The notes: generated by a model not told the origin, from the sequence alone. DNA of 64,000 nucleotides from Felis catus (GCF_018350175.1 NC_058368.1:109370001-109434000); one strand, 5' to 3'. Counted from the stretch's first letter, positions 25,852 through 38,883 are shown. Numbers and translations are program-made.

Positions 25852-25959
25852 CAGACTGCCAGTGAGCGCAGCCGAGACACCAAAATTGAAGTGATCCAGT
25901 TGGTAAAAAACCTGCTCAACCATCTAAGGAGAAATTTTCGCCATGGAAATTTCAAATGA
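25852..25959 (+). CDS. IL13: Interleukin-13 exon 4 coding part (alternative start 25855 drops Gln)
   Basis: cacag|QTASERSRDTKIEVIQLVKNLLNHLRRNFRHGNFK-TGA. Confidence 0.96.
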   Translation, partial: QTASERSRDTKIEVIQLVKNLLNHLRRNFRHGNFK

Positions 25960-26810
25960 AGGATGAAAACCTAGCATGGCTATTTGCAGAGGCAGACCTG
26001 ACCGTTTAAGTTATAGATTCACTTTTCTTTCAGAAGTTTCAAATTACTTGGGGAGATGGCGGGGGGATGGGAGGGGGGCACGATTTCCTTAGCTTAGACC
26101 TCAGCCTGTGCTGCCTGCCCTCGCCTAGCCGACCCCAGCTGCCCTTGCCTTGGTGCACAGGGCCCTCCTCCATCTGGGCTCTGAGTTCTGTGAACAACCA
26201 GGGGCAGGGGTGGGGGAGGGGGGGCGGAGCACTGCCTCTCACGACTGCCCCCTCCTTAGAGGGAATGGCAGCATTACACCAAGGACGCCACCTTGGCAGA
26301 CACGTATGGGAGGCGGACCTGCTCTATACAGGGACAGCTAAGGCAGACAGCGGCTCAGGCATATCTCTTCTTGGCCTTATTTATTACTGTGTGTTATTTA
26401 AACAAATGTTGTTTGTCTGTGCTGGGGACAGGGAGGGACTGTCACCACCAGAACCTTGAGCTGGGGGCCCAGTGACTTGGGCTTTAGGAGTCCCTGGGAA
26501 TAAGCACTGTGTGCAAAATTCTGCTACCTCATTGGGGTCCTGGGGCCGACACAGGGGACAGGAGAGAGGGCTGGAGTAGCTGCTCTTGTCTGCCAGCCAG
26601 CAGTTGGCCCTCAGCCAAGAAGTAATTTATTGTTTTTCCCTGTATTTAAAGTTAAGAAATAAAATGTTATCAAAGAATTAATAATATATAGAAGAGCAGC
26701 CTAGAATGCTGCATCTGGTGTGTGTGGACTGTGGGGAGGGGTCATTGAATGTCTTGTTTCACTGACTTTGTCAAAGGAAGCCAGAAATAAAGACAGTGAC
26801 AAGAGACCTG
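25960..26810 (+). terminator. IL13: IL13 3' UTR with AU-rich elements and poly(A) signal(s)
   Basis: ATTTA at 26379, 26396, 26625, 26644; AATAAA at 26658-26663 and 26786-26791 with a GT/T-rich tract at ~26812-26830. Confidence 0.8.
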
Positions 26811-29499
26811 ATGATGTTTGTCTTTTACTGTGGCCTTTGGGAATCCTGGCCTATGTTCTTCTGGAGGCAGGGCAGTGGGAGTGGCGGGGGAGTTAGGGAC
26901 AGGACCTGGGCTGGAAGGAAGTAAGCGACCCCCCAGGGGTGTGGGCTGCCACCCACAGGGAGGCAGAGGAAGCCTGGGCCCTGACTTCTGGGTTCATGGA
27001 GGACATGAGAGGAGGAGGAGGAGGAGCAATTAGGGACCTCAGAAGTCATCTTATGATCATGGTTATGATGAGTGGCCAGCCTATGTGTAGCACCACCCAC
27101 ACAACCTCTGGTGTCTCCCCCACAACCTCTCTGAGGCTCAGGGGAGAAAAGGCTATATGCCCAAGGTTACACACCTGGTGAGGAGCAAAGCCAGGATGAG
27201 AAGCCAGAACTCACTCCAACTCCAAAGCCCATACACTAAACTACCCAGCCTGTCTCTGTCCAAATGTCATCTCACCTCAATGTATGGCCTTTATCATACT
27301 GGCATCAACCTATGCGGGCACCTCCCCCGATGGGAAGCTCACTTTCTAGGGAGAGCACAGTCAGCCCTTGGACAGGTGTCATCATTAGTGCATACTCACC
27401 ACCTCTCTGAACAACTGATTTATGACCCCTGAACTATGGAGTGATGAGTAGAGACCCCAGGTCACAGGGGCCTGGTCAGACTGCTGCCCCAACCAGGTCT
27501 TCCTGCCTCTCCCTTGGCCCAGGCCAGCACTAGGAGCAACAGAAGAAGAGGCCTCAGCAAACCACAGCTAATGCTCATGTCTCTCAGGAGCGGTTTACAC
27601 TGTGAATCTGAGAGGTGCCCATAAGGAGGGGATGCTTTTGCAGTGGGTGGTAGGGTCCTCACAAACCAGTCTCAAACACTGGGTGGCGGGCAGGTACCCT
27701 CCCTGAGAAGCCCCGAGCCCTGTGGGAACATCCACAGCAATGTTCAGAAACCAGTGGGGGCAGTCACCTGGGAGCAGTGAGAAGTGATGCTGTGCACGAC
27801 TCAGGCAACAGAAGCCGTGGCAGGACCTGACCAGGGGCACACAACCACAGGGGCAGCTCCAGGAGCCACTGAAACAGAGCGGACCCCTTGCACCCAGGTA
27901 GAAATGAGGGAGGACCTGTGGAGGGGGCACAGGAGCTGAGCGTCCCACAGGCTGTCCGGAGCAGGGACTGGATCGTCTCCGTGGTCCCACAAGGTCTCAG
28001 AACCTGCTGAGTCCCACTATATTTGCTGAGGACTGCCTGCGGCCTATACTCCTCCTGCCCTCTGGGCTGGCAATGACTAAGACAGCACATGCACTCAAGG
28101 TTTAGCCCCAGAAAGAAGTCTGTAAGCAATGGAGGGTCTGGAGAGGAGAGCTCCACCAGGAAAGCAGGCAACTCGGGGGTGGGGGTAGGAGGTAAGAGCT
28201 CTGCAATTCCTCTCCATCCAGAGGTTCAAGAGTTTTGAGCCAGAGGATATTTGTAGAAGATTAATTTTATGTTTATACAAAACTTTTTAGCAATCCAGTC
28301 TCTGGCAGCATCACCTCTGACCCACATCCTCTGCCCAACCAGAGCACTGGCCGGTCGGTCCGAAGGAAGATGGAAAGCCTTCAGGTGAAACTCCATGTGA
28401 ATCTTTCAAGAAGACTGGAAGTGAGGCTGGACTGGGGCAGGGTCCCTTAGGATTTCCTAAGGATGCATTTACTCCAAGTGGTAGTCAGGAGGGTGTACAG
28501 CACCAGCAAGGCCACCGGGGCCCCACCACTAGGGGTCCACAGTGCGCCACATCTGCAGGTACCCACAGCTCCCTGCCTGCAGCACTGAGACTGTCCCCAA
28601 GACAAGGAACCTGTGGTCACGGATGTGTGCAGTCAGCCAGAGAGGGCTCGGGCCCTGTCAGGAATGATGGACCTCCCAGAGCCACAGAACCAAGCCAGTG
28701 CTGGTGGCAAAAGGGAGGAGGGCCCAGCCAGGAATGAGAGAGAAAGAAAAAGATGAAAGAGGAAAAAAGCGTATGTGTCAGCTATTGTGGCTGGGAGCAC
28801 CACTACCTGGGGACTAAGCCCGGGGTATTTGCTGGGAGTTTCTCTAACCATATGGTCTCACTTCTTCCATGCGAGAAGCAAACCCTGAGCAGGTCCCAGA
28901 GAGAAGGGGGGTCGGGAAGAGACAGAGTGCTTGCTGAGTGGGAGGGAGATGCTGGTCATGGGGCCCCAGGGTGGGGAGCCCCTTTGAACCCCACGAACCC
29001 CAGGCCCTGGAGGTTTCACTGGAAGAGGGGCTGGGGCTCAAGTGAGAAGTGAGACACACTTGAGTTTCCGGTGAACTTGGCTCCAACACCCTCTGTTTGC
29101 TGCTCAGATGAGGTGTCAGAAAACACTTCGAGTCACTGCTGGGGTTTCTCTGAGGCTGGCCCTCTCTGAACTGCTCGGGACTCAGGAGGACAAGGGCTTT
29201 CGTCTTGTTTCCTTGTGACCCAGAAGCTTGAAGGCTGTGGATCATCAAATCCATCAGCCTGTGGCTTTTTCATTATTATCAACAGGAAAGTGCCTTCTGC
29301 GTATTATCTTAATTTAGCTGGTCAGTTGGAGCAAAACCAAAAATCGTTCCTCCCTTGAGCTGACTCCCTTCTAAGCCGGCCCAGCCGAGTCCAAGCTGAC
29401 CATGTTCCAGGCTGGCCGATGGCCTGGGACTCACTGGCCAGTCCTCTGACTTTTCCGGAAGCCCAAACCGGTGTCAGAACTGGGGACTGTATCCACGGT

Positions 29500-29900
29500 C
29501 ACCCCTCCCACACACACGCTGCCCACTCCTACACTGAAAAATAAAAGTCATAAAGCCTCATTATCTTCATTCGTTTCTCAGCTCCACCCAAAAGCAACAG
29601 AGTAAAGGGTTTGCAACGAACTTTCCCAGATCAACTGATTTCTCAGCAGCAAGGGAGGGCCCCATGACGAAGCCATTTGAAATCCCAGAAGCAATTTTCT
29701 ACCTACGACCTCACTTTCTGTTGCGCCCTCTCCCTTCCCCTGCACAATGCCTTGTGGAAAGTGGTGCTCTTAAAGCGTCCTTCAGAAACGCCCCCAGCCC
29801 GTGCACCACCCAGGCGGACGCTGCTGTGTGGTCACCGGTGACGCAAACATCAACATTAAATATAGCAACCTTCGTCAGTTCCGCTCTCTGCATTACTTGG
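29500..29900. promoter_or_regulatory. CNS-1 (IL13/IL4 intergenic enhancer, HSS1/HSS2)
   Basis: Unique block containing TGATTTCTCAGCAGCAAGGGAGGGCCCCATGAC...CCATTTGAAATCCCAGAAGCAATTTTCTAC, resembling recalled mouse/human CNS-1; GATA TTATCT 29561-29566; expected position. Confidence 0.75.
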
Positions 29901-31811
29901 ACAAGCAAGCAAGCAAGCAAGCAAGCACGTGGCGAGGGCCATTCCTGAAAGCCAGTCTGCTGTGGAGGCTCCTGCAGACCAGAGGGTCGGCGCCCCCTTC
30001 TGAGCGCAAGGCCCTAGGCCACAAGAAGCCCCAGCGATACCCCATTAGAAAAGCAATTTTTCATTTAGCATCTCCTTTTTTTGTCCTCGTCTCTGTCTTC
30101 CCACTTTTTCTTTAATCAGCATTTATTCATTTCCCACCGAAGGACAAATTTAACTAAGAAAAAAAAACTAAAACAAAACAACATGAGAATGGTGTCTGGT
30201 CCATGAGAGGCTGGGAAGGGCCCCAGGATTGGACTGTTGGGGACCTGAGTTCAATTCTAAGTGCGCTGGGGGAGCTGGCTGTCTCAGGAGTGGATCCGGC
30301 ACCTGCAGGGGTCCTGCACAATTCCTCCCACGGGCCCATCAGATGCTGTGTTGCCAGTGAGAGAGGAAGGCACACCATTCTTGGGGGGTTTTCACCCAGC
30401 CCTGGCCTGCCAGGCTGGTGCAGGGGAATATGTGGGGGATGAGATGGGAAAGGTGGGTCACCAGTCCAGCTCTGAGGCTGAAGTGGCATCGATGCCCTGG
30501 GGACAGATGGAGAGGTTCTGCAGACTCCTCAGACAGCTTTCCTCTCTCAGAAGAAGAACCTTCCACCTGCTTCTCAAAGAAAAGAGAAGCCAGGAGCCGA
30601 TGGAGCTACTTCACCTCCATTAGAGAAGCCAGAGTGCACCCTCCTCCCCCTACTTCCCTCCTTATGAGGGGTCCTCCTTGCAACTTTGCTCAGAATCCCA
30701 TTCCTTGGCCTTCACCAGGAGCTGGGACAGAGACTACAGGGTCCAAATAAGTCCCAGCTATGCCCCTAACTTCCCTTGCTGTTACTCAGGCCAAGTCTCA
30801 GCTCTCGCTTCTGCGAAATGGAGGTTTGTTCGTTCATTCATTCATTCATGCATTCATTCATTATCTACGGAGACCTTTACCAGGTGTTCTAGATGCTGGG
30901 GATCCATGATGAACAAAATAAGGTTACTTCTAGTGGAGGGACAGAGTCCACAAAAAAGAGAACACAGATGCACAGGTGGTGGTGAGTGCACTGGCGGCCA
31001 GTGAAGTAGGGGGAGGGGGTGGTTGCTGTGAGAATGGGGTAGGTGCTGCCTAACTGTGTGGGGAGGTCAGGATGCAGATCTGGATGAAGTGAGGGATGGA
31101 GAAAACCATTCACATAACTAAGGAAAACGTCCAGGGAGAGGGGAGGACAGGTGCTGACGTCTGGAGCAAGAATGCTCCTCCCAGAATCAGGGTGTAGGGA
31201 GCAGAGGCCAAGGGTGGGAGCAAGAGGAATAGGCAGTCAGGGCTCTGAGGGCAAGATAGCTTTGCTCTGGCTCCCGCATAGCAGAAGCACTCTGTGTGAA
31301 GGACACAACGTGGGGACAAGGACAGGAGTAGGAGGGTCAGTTAGGACACTCCTGTGGAGACCCAGGTGGGATATGATGGTGGAGGACTGGATATGGTCAG
31401 GTTCTGGAGATGTGTGTGTTATCTACATGATATACATTTATACATCACTTCCACAAACATTATGACATCTGAGGTTATAAATATATGGATATTATGTAAC
31501 ATATAAATAGTAACTGTTTAATTTTTTAACCATAAGTCTTAAAATTCCTTTATTGTGGGAAATTTCAAACACATACACAAGTAACTCCCCATTACTGACA
31601 GCCCAACAATTAGCAACTCATGGCCAATTTAGTTTTGTCTCTGTCCCACCTGCTTCCCAAGTCCCGCCTCCCACCTCCACCCAAGTTTCCAAACCAGAGG
31701 CTGCAGGATCGGATGTGGGCACAGAAGGTTTGTACCATGGTGTGAGCACCATGAAGGATCAAGTCGTCGTGCAATGATCTGGCGAGGCCTGTGCTCAAGT
31801 GTGTCCCCATA

Positions 31812-32280
31812 TAAAAAATTTTTTTACTTGTTTATTTATTTTTGAGAGAGTGAGAGAGAGAGAGAGAGACCGACCACGAGCGGGGGAGGGGCAGAGAGAG
31901 AGGGAGACACAGAATCTGAAGCAGGCTCCAGGCTCTGAGCTGTCAGCACAGAGCCCGACACAGGGCTCGAACCCATGAACTTTGAGATCATGACCTGAGC
32001 TGAATTTGGACACTTAACCAACTGAGCCACCCAGGTGCCCCAAGGGTGTCCCTGTTTAAAAGCTACTGATCACATGGGGTACTGGAGGGCTCAGTCAGTT
32101 AAGCATCTGACCCGTGATTTAGGCTCAGGTCATAATCTCACAGTTTGTGAGATGGAACCCGAGTGGTGATTGGGCTCTGGGCTGACAGCACAGAGCATGC
32201 CTGGGATTCTCTCTCTCTGCCCCTCCCCACCCCCTCTCTGCCTGCCTCTCTCTCTCTCAATAAAAAAAAAAAAAAATAAT
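31812..32280. mobile_element. Head-to-head Can-SINE pair (- 31812-32041; + 32076-32280)
   Basis: Opposite-orientation SINEs 35 bp apart. Confidence 0.9.
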
Positions 32281-35200
32281 AACTATCCACACATGGAATC
32301 CCCCACCCCCTCGCAGCAAGCACCCCAGCAAAGCCTGCCCTCTTAGATGCATCCACACCACTGTTTCCATTTCATGAGGCCTCCTCCCCATTGGGCACCT
32401 GCCCCCATGGCACTCCAGAAGCTCTCTCACTGATGTCACTGATTGTCTCCTATCACTAAATCCAGTGGAAACACTTCGGCCTTATCTCGCCCGCCCCTGA
32501 AGAACATCTGATGCCGCTGACCACATGCTTCTCCAAGACTCTCTCAAGCCTGCATCCCCTCCCAGCCCCCCTAGCTGCCTGCCTCCTCTCCCTCCTTCCC
32601 TTCTTCCAGCAGCACCAGAAACGCCACAGTCATTTCTTGTTCCATCTCTTCCTGAGTCTGGGGGCAGTATCGTTCTTCCCCTTGGCTTCCTCGCCGTCTG
32701 TGTCGACAGCCCAGACTCTCCTCTGCTCAGGGTCCCCCTCTTCCCTCTGAAACTGTCATCTCTGCCAACAGCAGCTCCCATGCCAGAAACCTGGGGCTCT
32801 GTGTGACTTCTCACTCTTCCTCACCCCTATATTCAGCCCATTCCAAGTGCTATGATGATGATAATGATGGTAATGAAAGTTGGGAGACTTCCTACAGGCC
32901 GGGCACCACACTGAACACTGTTTTGATCACCTCATATAATCTTCCCACAGTCCTTTATTAGTTCAGTTCTACAGAGAAGTGTGGGCAGGGAAACTTTCCC
33001 GAGGTCACCTTGAGAGCAAGGGGCAGAGCTGGGACTCGAAGCACCGGGCCCCGCTGACTGCAGGATGCATGGCCTTCAGTGACAGTACACTACTGGGAGC
33101 CACCCTCAGACCCATGGCTGCTGCCGCCCCACGCAATCCATGATCCGTGAGCCATGCTTCTTGATCCACGTCAGCTACCAGCTCTGAGCTCACAGTGACC
33201 TCTGACTGCAGTCCTCCAGAAGGTTCTCCTCCCAGGCTGCTGGCTCACCCAGTTCCTGCAGGGCCCCAGGGAGCGCCTGCCTACTGGCCCGCCATGAACT
33301 GTCCCCACACCCCCTCTAAGGCCTACTTATTCCAGCGTCTGCTAGATAGAGCTCCTTTGGAGGAGTCTTATTTTCATCATGAATAAGCCTGTGAGAAGGT
33401 CCTGGAAAGGGCTCTTCTGTCTGTGTTGTGTCACACAACTGACCCAAGAGGACGGAAGAGGACGCATGCAGGGTTCAGGGTAGGACAGGGCGCTGGGGAT
33501 GGCTGCTGTGGCAGGACTCCTCAGCCAGGGCCTGGAAACTGGGCTGCTCTGGGTACTCTCACCTGTCCCTGTTCTCTAGGGAGCTGTGGCAGATGCCCCC
33601 TTCCTGTGCCCGGAGCGGGAGGTTAGGTTTTCTGCAGGAGCAGTGCTAGGGGTGCTGGGACATAGCAGAGGCAGCAGCCCTGGGGTCCCCGGAATAGAGC
33701 TCCAGCAGTGCAATCTTGAACTCCACACCAGCGGGGCAGCCCCAGGGCTGGCACTCCTTCCTGAGGGTCATTTCTTTAGAATTCTGGGCCCAACCGGGAG
33801 CCTGCTTCCCCACCCTCCCAATATGTTCACCAACACCTACTTCCCTGCACTGAGTGCTCTCTGTGTAAGGTGCTCAGTGGTACCTACTTCCTGAGCGGAC
33901 TCCAGAGACCTAAGTATGAGGGCTGCAGGGTGTCAACTAACGCTCACCCTCCCCAAACAAGAATAAGGCCTCAAAGACTAAAAGGGGGACACATGCAGGA
34001 GGGATGTGGGTGGGGTAGTGTCCAGCAGCAAAACTTCCAGTGGCCCTGTCAGACACGGGTTTGCCAGGTAGATGAAGTACCACAGTCATGGGACCAATCA
34101 AAGACATGATTAATAACAATAATAAAAATAAAAATAAAAATAAAATATTAATAATAATACTATCACAGAGCACAAACTAGGTACCAGGCACCATTCTGAC
34201 TACTTAAAAACATTAACTTATTTATTCCTCACAAGAGCCGCATGAAGGAGGTACCACGATTGCTCCCACTTTACGGAGGAAGTTGAGAAAGCAGAGCAGC
34301 CAGCCCTGACAGGCGGCCTGGCTGCCCATGTGCTGAGGTGGCCTCCAGAAACAGCCACCCCTCATGGAGTAATACGTACCCAGCACTTTGCATAGAATCT
34401 CTCTCACACCTCACAGGGATCTTATGAGCAGGAGCCACATCATTCCCACTCCACGGGTGAGGAAACTGAGACCCAGACAGAGTTAGTGATCTGTCCACGG
34501 CGACAGAGTGGACAAGTGGCTTGTTTGATGGATTCCAAAACCCAGTGTTCAAAACTGTCACATTCTAGGGCTTGAAAGGACAGTTCTGAGGCCACACAGA
34601 AGCCAGGGCTGGTTCTCAGCGCTCACACAGGGTGAAGGGAAGGGGGTCTATGCCTGACACAGCCAAAACCTAGCAGAGTCCTCAACTTCTCTCTGAGCTC
34701 CGGTGCCTGTCTGCCTTGTATCATCACTGCCTGTGACTCCTGATGGCTGGGAGAGGCTCCTGTGCAGGTGGTAGCTGTCCTTGTCCCTGATGGGCAGGCT
34801 CCATCTTCCAGGCCTCTGTCCAGCCAGCTACATGCACAGTGCCATGGGCCACAGTGCAGAGAGAACTGCTCCTTTTCTCCTACCCTTCAAGGGGACCTTC
34901 CGGTCACTCCGTGATGTTCTGCAAAGTTCACCTATCCCTGGATTTATCCAACCATTGAAACAAAACAAAACCAAAAAAAAAAAAAAAAAAAGGTTTTATT
35001 CTGCTTCTGAGCTACTAGTTCGCATATTACAAATCTCTTCTGTTTACATCTTTGCCCCCAGAGCCTTAAACCTGGGGTGTAGCCCCCAGGAAAGGCATGT
35101 ACTCAAAAAAGCCACCACCGAACACAGGGACAGCTTTTGTATCCTGCTGACCTCCCCTTCTCTCCAGCTCTCCCGCAGCCCCAAGGCTCTGACACGTGTG

Positions 35201-35404
35201 TTCTGCACCATGAACTCTCCTCCAGGATGTCTGCACTTTCAAGTTTTAACTTCCTGTTTTAACTTGGACCTTTCCTCAAAAAAGGAGTATGCACCATTTA
35301 CTCCAAACAACAGTTTATCTGGATGTGAAGTCTCCATCTGTCCTGGAAGGAACTCAACCCTTCTTAGTAACTCTCCTCAACTCTGTAGTGAAGACCTAAC
35401 TTGC

Positions 35405-35889
35405 CCTAGCAAGAAACCCAAATAACCCAATAAAAAATGAGCAAAGGACCTAAATGGACATTTTCCCAAAGAAGATACATGAATGGCCAATAGATGCATG
35501 AAAAGATACTCATCATCACTCATCATCAGGGAAATTCAAATCAAAACCACAGTGAGATGCCACCTCATACCTGTTAGGATGATTATTTCAAAAAGGCAAG
35601 AAACCACAAGTGTTGGCGAGGATGCGGACAGAAGGAAACCTCTTGCACTGTTGCTGGGAATGCAAACTGATACAGCCGCTGTGGAAAACAGTATGGAAAA
35701 TCCTCAAAACATTAAAGATACAAATACCATATGACCCACTAATTCTGCTTCTGGAAATACATCCAAGGGAAATGAAAACGCTATGTTGAAGAGATACATG
35801 AACCCCTATGTTCACAGCAGCATTATTTACAATATGTCGAGATGGAAACATCCTAAGTATCCATTGAATAGAGATGAATAGAGAATTTG

Positions 35890-35934
<45 letters not shown>

Positions 35935-36480
35935 ACACACAATGGAATATTACTTGGCCATAAAGAGGAAACCCCACCACTTATGACAACATGAATAGAC
36001 CGTGAAGGTGTTATGCTAAGTGAAATGTTAAAGAAACACAATACTGTATGATCTCACTTATATGTGTAATCTTATAAAAACAAAACAAAACCAAACCCAA
36101 ACACCCAAATTCATAGTAAGAGAGATCAGATCTGTAGTCACCATAGGTAAAGGGGGTAGAGGGAGGGTGAAGAGAATGACAGTGGTCAAAACAAACTTCC
36201 AGTTATAAAATAAGTAAGTGCAGGGGATGTAATGTACATGATGACTGTAATTAATTAACACTGCCGTATGGAATCTTGTTAAATTGTTAAGAGAGTAAAT
36301 CCTAAGAGTTCTCATCACAAGGGAAAAAACATTTTTTCTTTTTTTGTTCTATATAAATGAGATGATGGGTGTTAACCAGACTTATTATGGTAATCATTTC
36401 GTAATATATATGTTAAATCATTATGCTGTACACCTTAGACCTACACAGTGCTATATGTCAATTATATTGCAATAAAACTT
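35405..36480 (+). mobile_element. L1MA-type 3' fragment with (CA)n at 35893-35940
   Basis: ORF2 C-terminal remnant ([33 protein letters not shown]) and 3' UTR ending TGTCAATTATATTGCAATAAAACT. Confidence 0.9.
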
Positions 36481-36529
36481 GGGGGGAAAACCTATTCAAA
36501 AATTTTAAAACGACAGCAACAAAAAAACT

Positions 36530-37290
36530 TACCCAGAGAGATCTGGCCTTTGTCCCAGCTCTTGGGAGGTAACTTCTAAGCCCATGGAATAAAGAATTTG
36601 TAACCGGTTCCTGGGAAGGAGCCCCTAAATCCTTGGGACTTCCCAAGGTATAAGAGTGTCAGGGCCTTAAGAGTTTATGCTAATTAGGCCACTCAGGGGA
36701 GGGACCAGCATCACCTTGAGGCCACCTTGAGGCCAAACCTCCAGGGCGGGGCTGGAGGATGAGGTCAACTGAAGGGGTCAATGATCCAATCAATCACATT
36801 TACAGAACAACACCCCAGTTATATTCTGGACAGCATAGTTCAGGTGAACTGCCCTGGTTGGCAGTACTCTGTGCGCTGTCATACATTAAAGTGCTGGGGA
36901 GGTGGCATGTTTGGACCCAATGGGGAGGAAACAGAAGAAGCTTCATGTTTGGGACCTTCCTAGAACTCAACCTCTGTGTCTGTTCTTTTGGCTGGGTGTT
37001 ACTGGTATCCCTTTGCTGTAACACAGCTATCGCCTTCTGTATAGTACCTTCCTGAGTTCTATGGGTCACTCTAGCAAACTACAGAGCCTGAGAAGATAGT
37101 GGGAACTTTCGAATTTTTAGCCAAACAGCGAAAAGTGAGGGTGGACTGGCGACCCTCTCTGATGGGAGAGCAGCCTTGTGGAGGCTATGCCCTTAACCTG
37201 GGAAGCGTAACCCAACTCCGCATAGTTGGTATCAGAAGTCATTGCATGGAGTTTGGCAAACCCACTGCAGTCCAGTGGAAGGATCCAAAA
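36530..37290 (+). mobile_element. LTR remnant (MER21-like, ERVL class)
   Basis: TCTGGCCTTTGTCCCAGCTCTTGGGAGGTAACTTCTAAGCCC, CCAATCAATCA, CCTGGTTGGCAGTACTCTGTG, CCTGAGTTCTATGGGTCACTCTAGCAAA motifs; family from recall. Confidence 0.6.
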
Positions 37291-38089
37291 TATGGCCGAA
37301 GGACCTTCCTCATACACTTATCTGGATCCTCTCCTTCACAAAGCGCCAGGCCCTGTAATAAGCCCCAAAGCATGGGGACAACTTAGCGGTATTCTTTTCT
37401 GTGTGAACTGAGGAAATCAGTAGGGAGAGGAAGGTCAGACAGCAGGGAAAGGCAGTGGACAGGAAAGAGAAGGAAAGCCTCAGGAGGAAAGAGCAGTGGT
37501 ACACCAGGGCCGAGGAGTCCTGTTCCCTGAGTGAGCAGTGGGGGTGCTTGGAGCTCAGCAGGGCCCCGGGGATTAGACTCAGGCAGCAGGGCAGGTTGTG
37601 GGGTGTTGACAGACAACCAACTTGTAAACCAGGAAGATTATGGCTCTTTTTCATAATGAGCTGAGGACATATTTAAGTTCCATTTACAAAGTGGTCATTC
37701 CTGAAAACCCGAGATAGACATGTTTTGTGAAGGGGCTCCTTATCGCTAAAGGCCTATGGACTGGAGGTGATCTGGACTGACCCCCACCTGATGTCACTCA
37801 TCTTTTGCCAAAGTCCTAAACCTGGAGGAATGGCATGCCCGAGTGCCAAGACAGGAGAGAGCCTTTGCCCATTACGTTCCTTCTACCCAGAGAAAGAACC
37901 CCAGATCAGCTTTTCCACAAGAGCAGAGTTTCCAAGATGCCACCCGTACTTGGAAGAAGCCAGGCTGAAATACTATTCAAGTCAAACTTTCTTGATATTA
38001 CTCTATCTTTCCCCAGGAGGACTGCACTAAAACAAATTCGGACACCTGTGGCCTCTTCCTTCTGTGCAAACAAAAAGCCAGCAGCAACC

Positions 38090-38350
38090 CCAAGCTGATA
38101 AGATTAATCTAAAGAACAAATTATGGTGTAATTTCCTATGCTGATACTTTGTAGTTAATTTTAAAAAAAGGTTTCATTTTCCTATTGGTATGATTTCACA
38201 GGAACATTTTACCTGTTTCTGTGAGGTATTTTTTCTCCTGGAAGAGAGGTGCTGATTGGCCCCAAACGAATGACAACCTGGTGTAATGAAAATTTCCAAT
38301 TTCCCTCATTTTCCCTCAGTTTCAGCAATTTTAAATCTATATATAGAGAT
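38090..38350 (+). promoter_or_regulatory. IL4: IL4 proximal promoter (P elements, TATA)
   Basis: Double GATA TGATAAGATT 38096-38105; NFAT cores TTTCC at 38132, 38178, 38293, 38300, 38310; STAT6-type TTCACAGGAA 38195-38204; inverted CCAAT 38255-38259; half-MARE TCAGCA 38322-38327; TATATATA 38338-38345. Confidence 0.92.
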
Positions 38351-38430
38351 ATCTTCGTCAGAATTGCATTGTTACTCTCTTTTAGTAAACGGATTTGTCT
38401 CAGATTGTCACTGCAAATAGAGATCTATTA

Positions 38431-38565
38431 ATGGATCTCACCTCCCAACTGATTCCAGCTCTGGTCTGCTTACTAGCATTTACCAGCACCTTCGTCCACG
38501 GCCAGAACTTCAATAATACGTTGAAAGAGATCATCAAAACGTTGAACATCCTCACAGCGAGAAAC
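38431..38565 (+). CDS. IL4: Interleukin-4 exon 1
   Basis: MDLTSQLIPALVCLLAFTSTFVHGQNFNNTLKEIIKTLNILTARN|gtgagt, 135 bp. Confidence 0.98.
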
Positions 38566-38835
38566 GTGAGTAAGATATCTGGCACCATCTCTCCAGATGT
38601 TCTGGTGATGCCGTGGGTATTTCTTAGACTATGAGAACATCAGGACTTCCAAAGAAGTTGAGGGTTGGTGACAGACAGGGAGCTGTGCAGAGATTTCTCT
38701 GCAGGAGCTTTTTGGTCCTGAGGGATGGTAGGAAATTTACTTGGTTGGAGGGAGGGAGAGCTGCCCAGCAAGGATCCCTCCATACAGTCGGAAGTGACTC
38801 TGTCTCTTGCTCTCTCTCATTCCCGTCGGGGCCAG

Positions 38836-38883
38836 GACTCGTGCATGGAGCTGACCGTCATGGACGTCTTGGCAGCCCCTAAG
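38836..38883 (+). CDS. IL4: Interleukin-4 exon 2
   Basis: gccag|DSCMELTVMDVLAAPK|gtaaga, 48 bp. Confidence 0.97.

Noticed and set aside
34781..35425. Longest ORF in the track (214 aa)
   Set aside because: TTG start, spans a poly-A run and an L1 boundary, no recognisable domain
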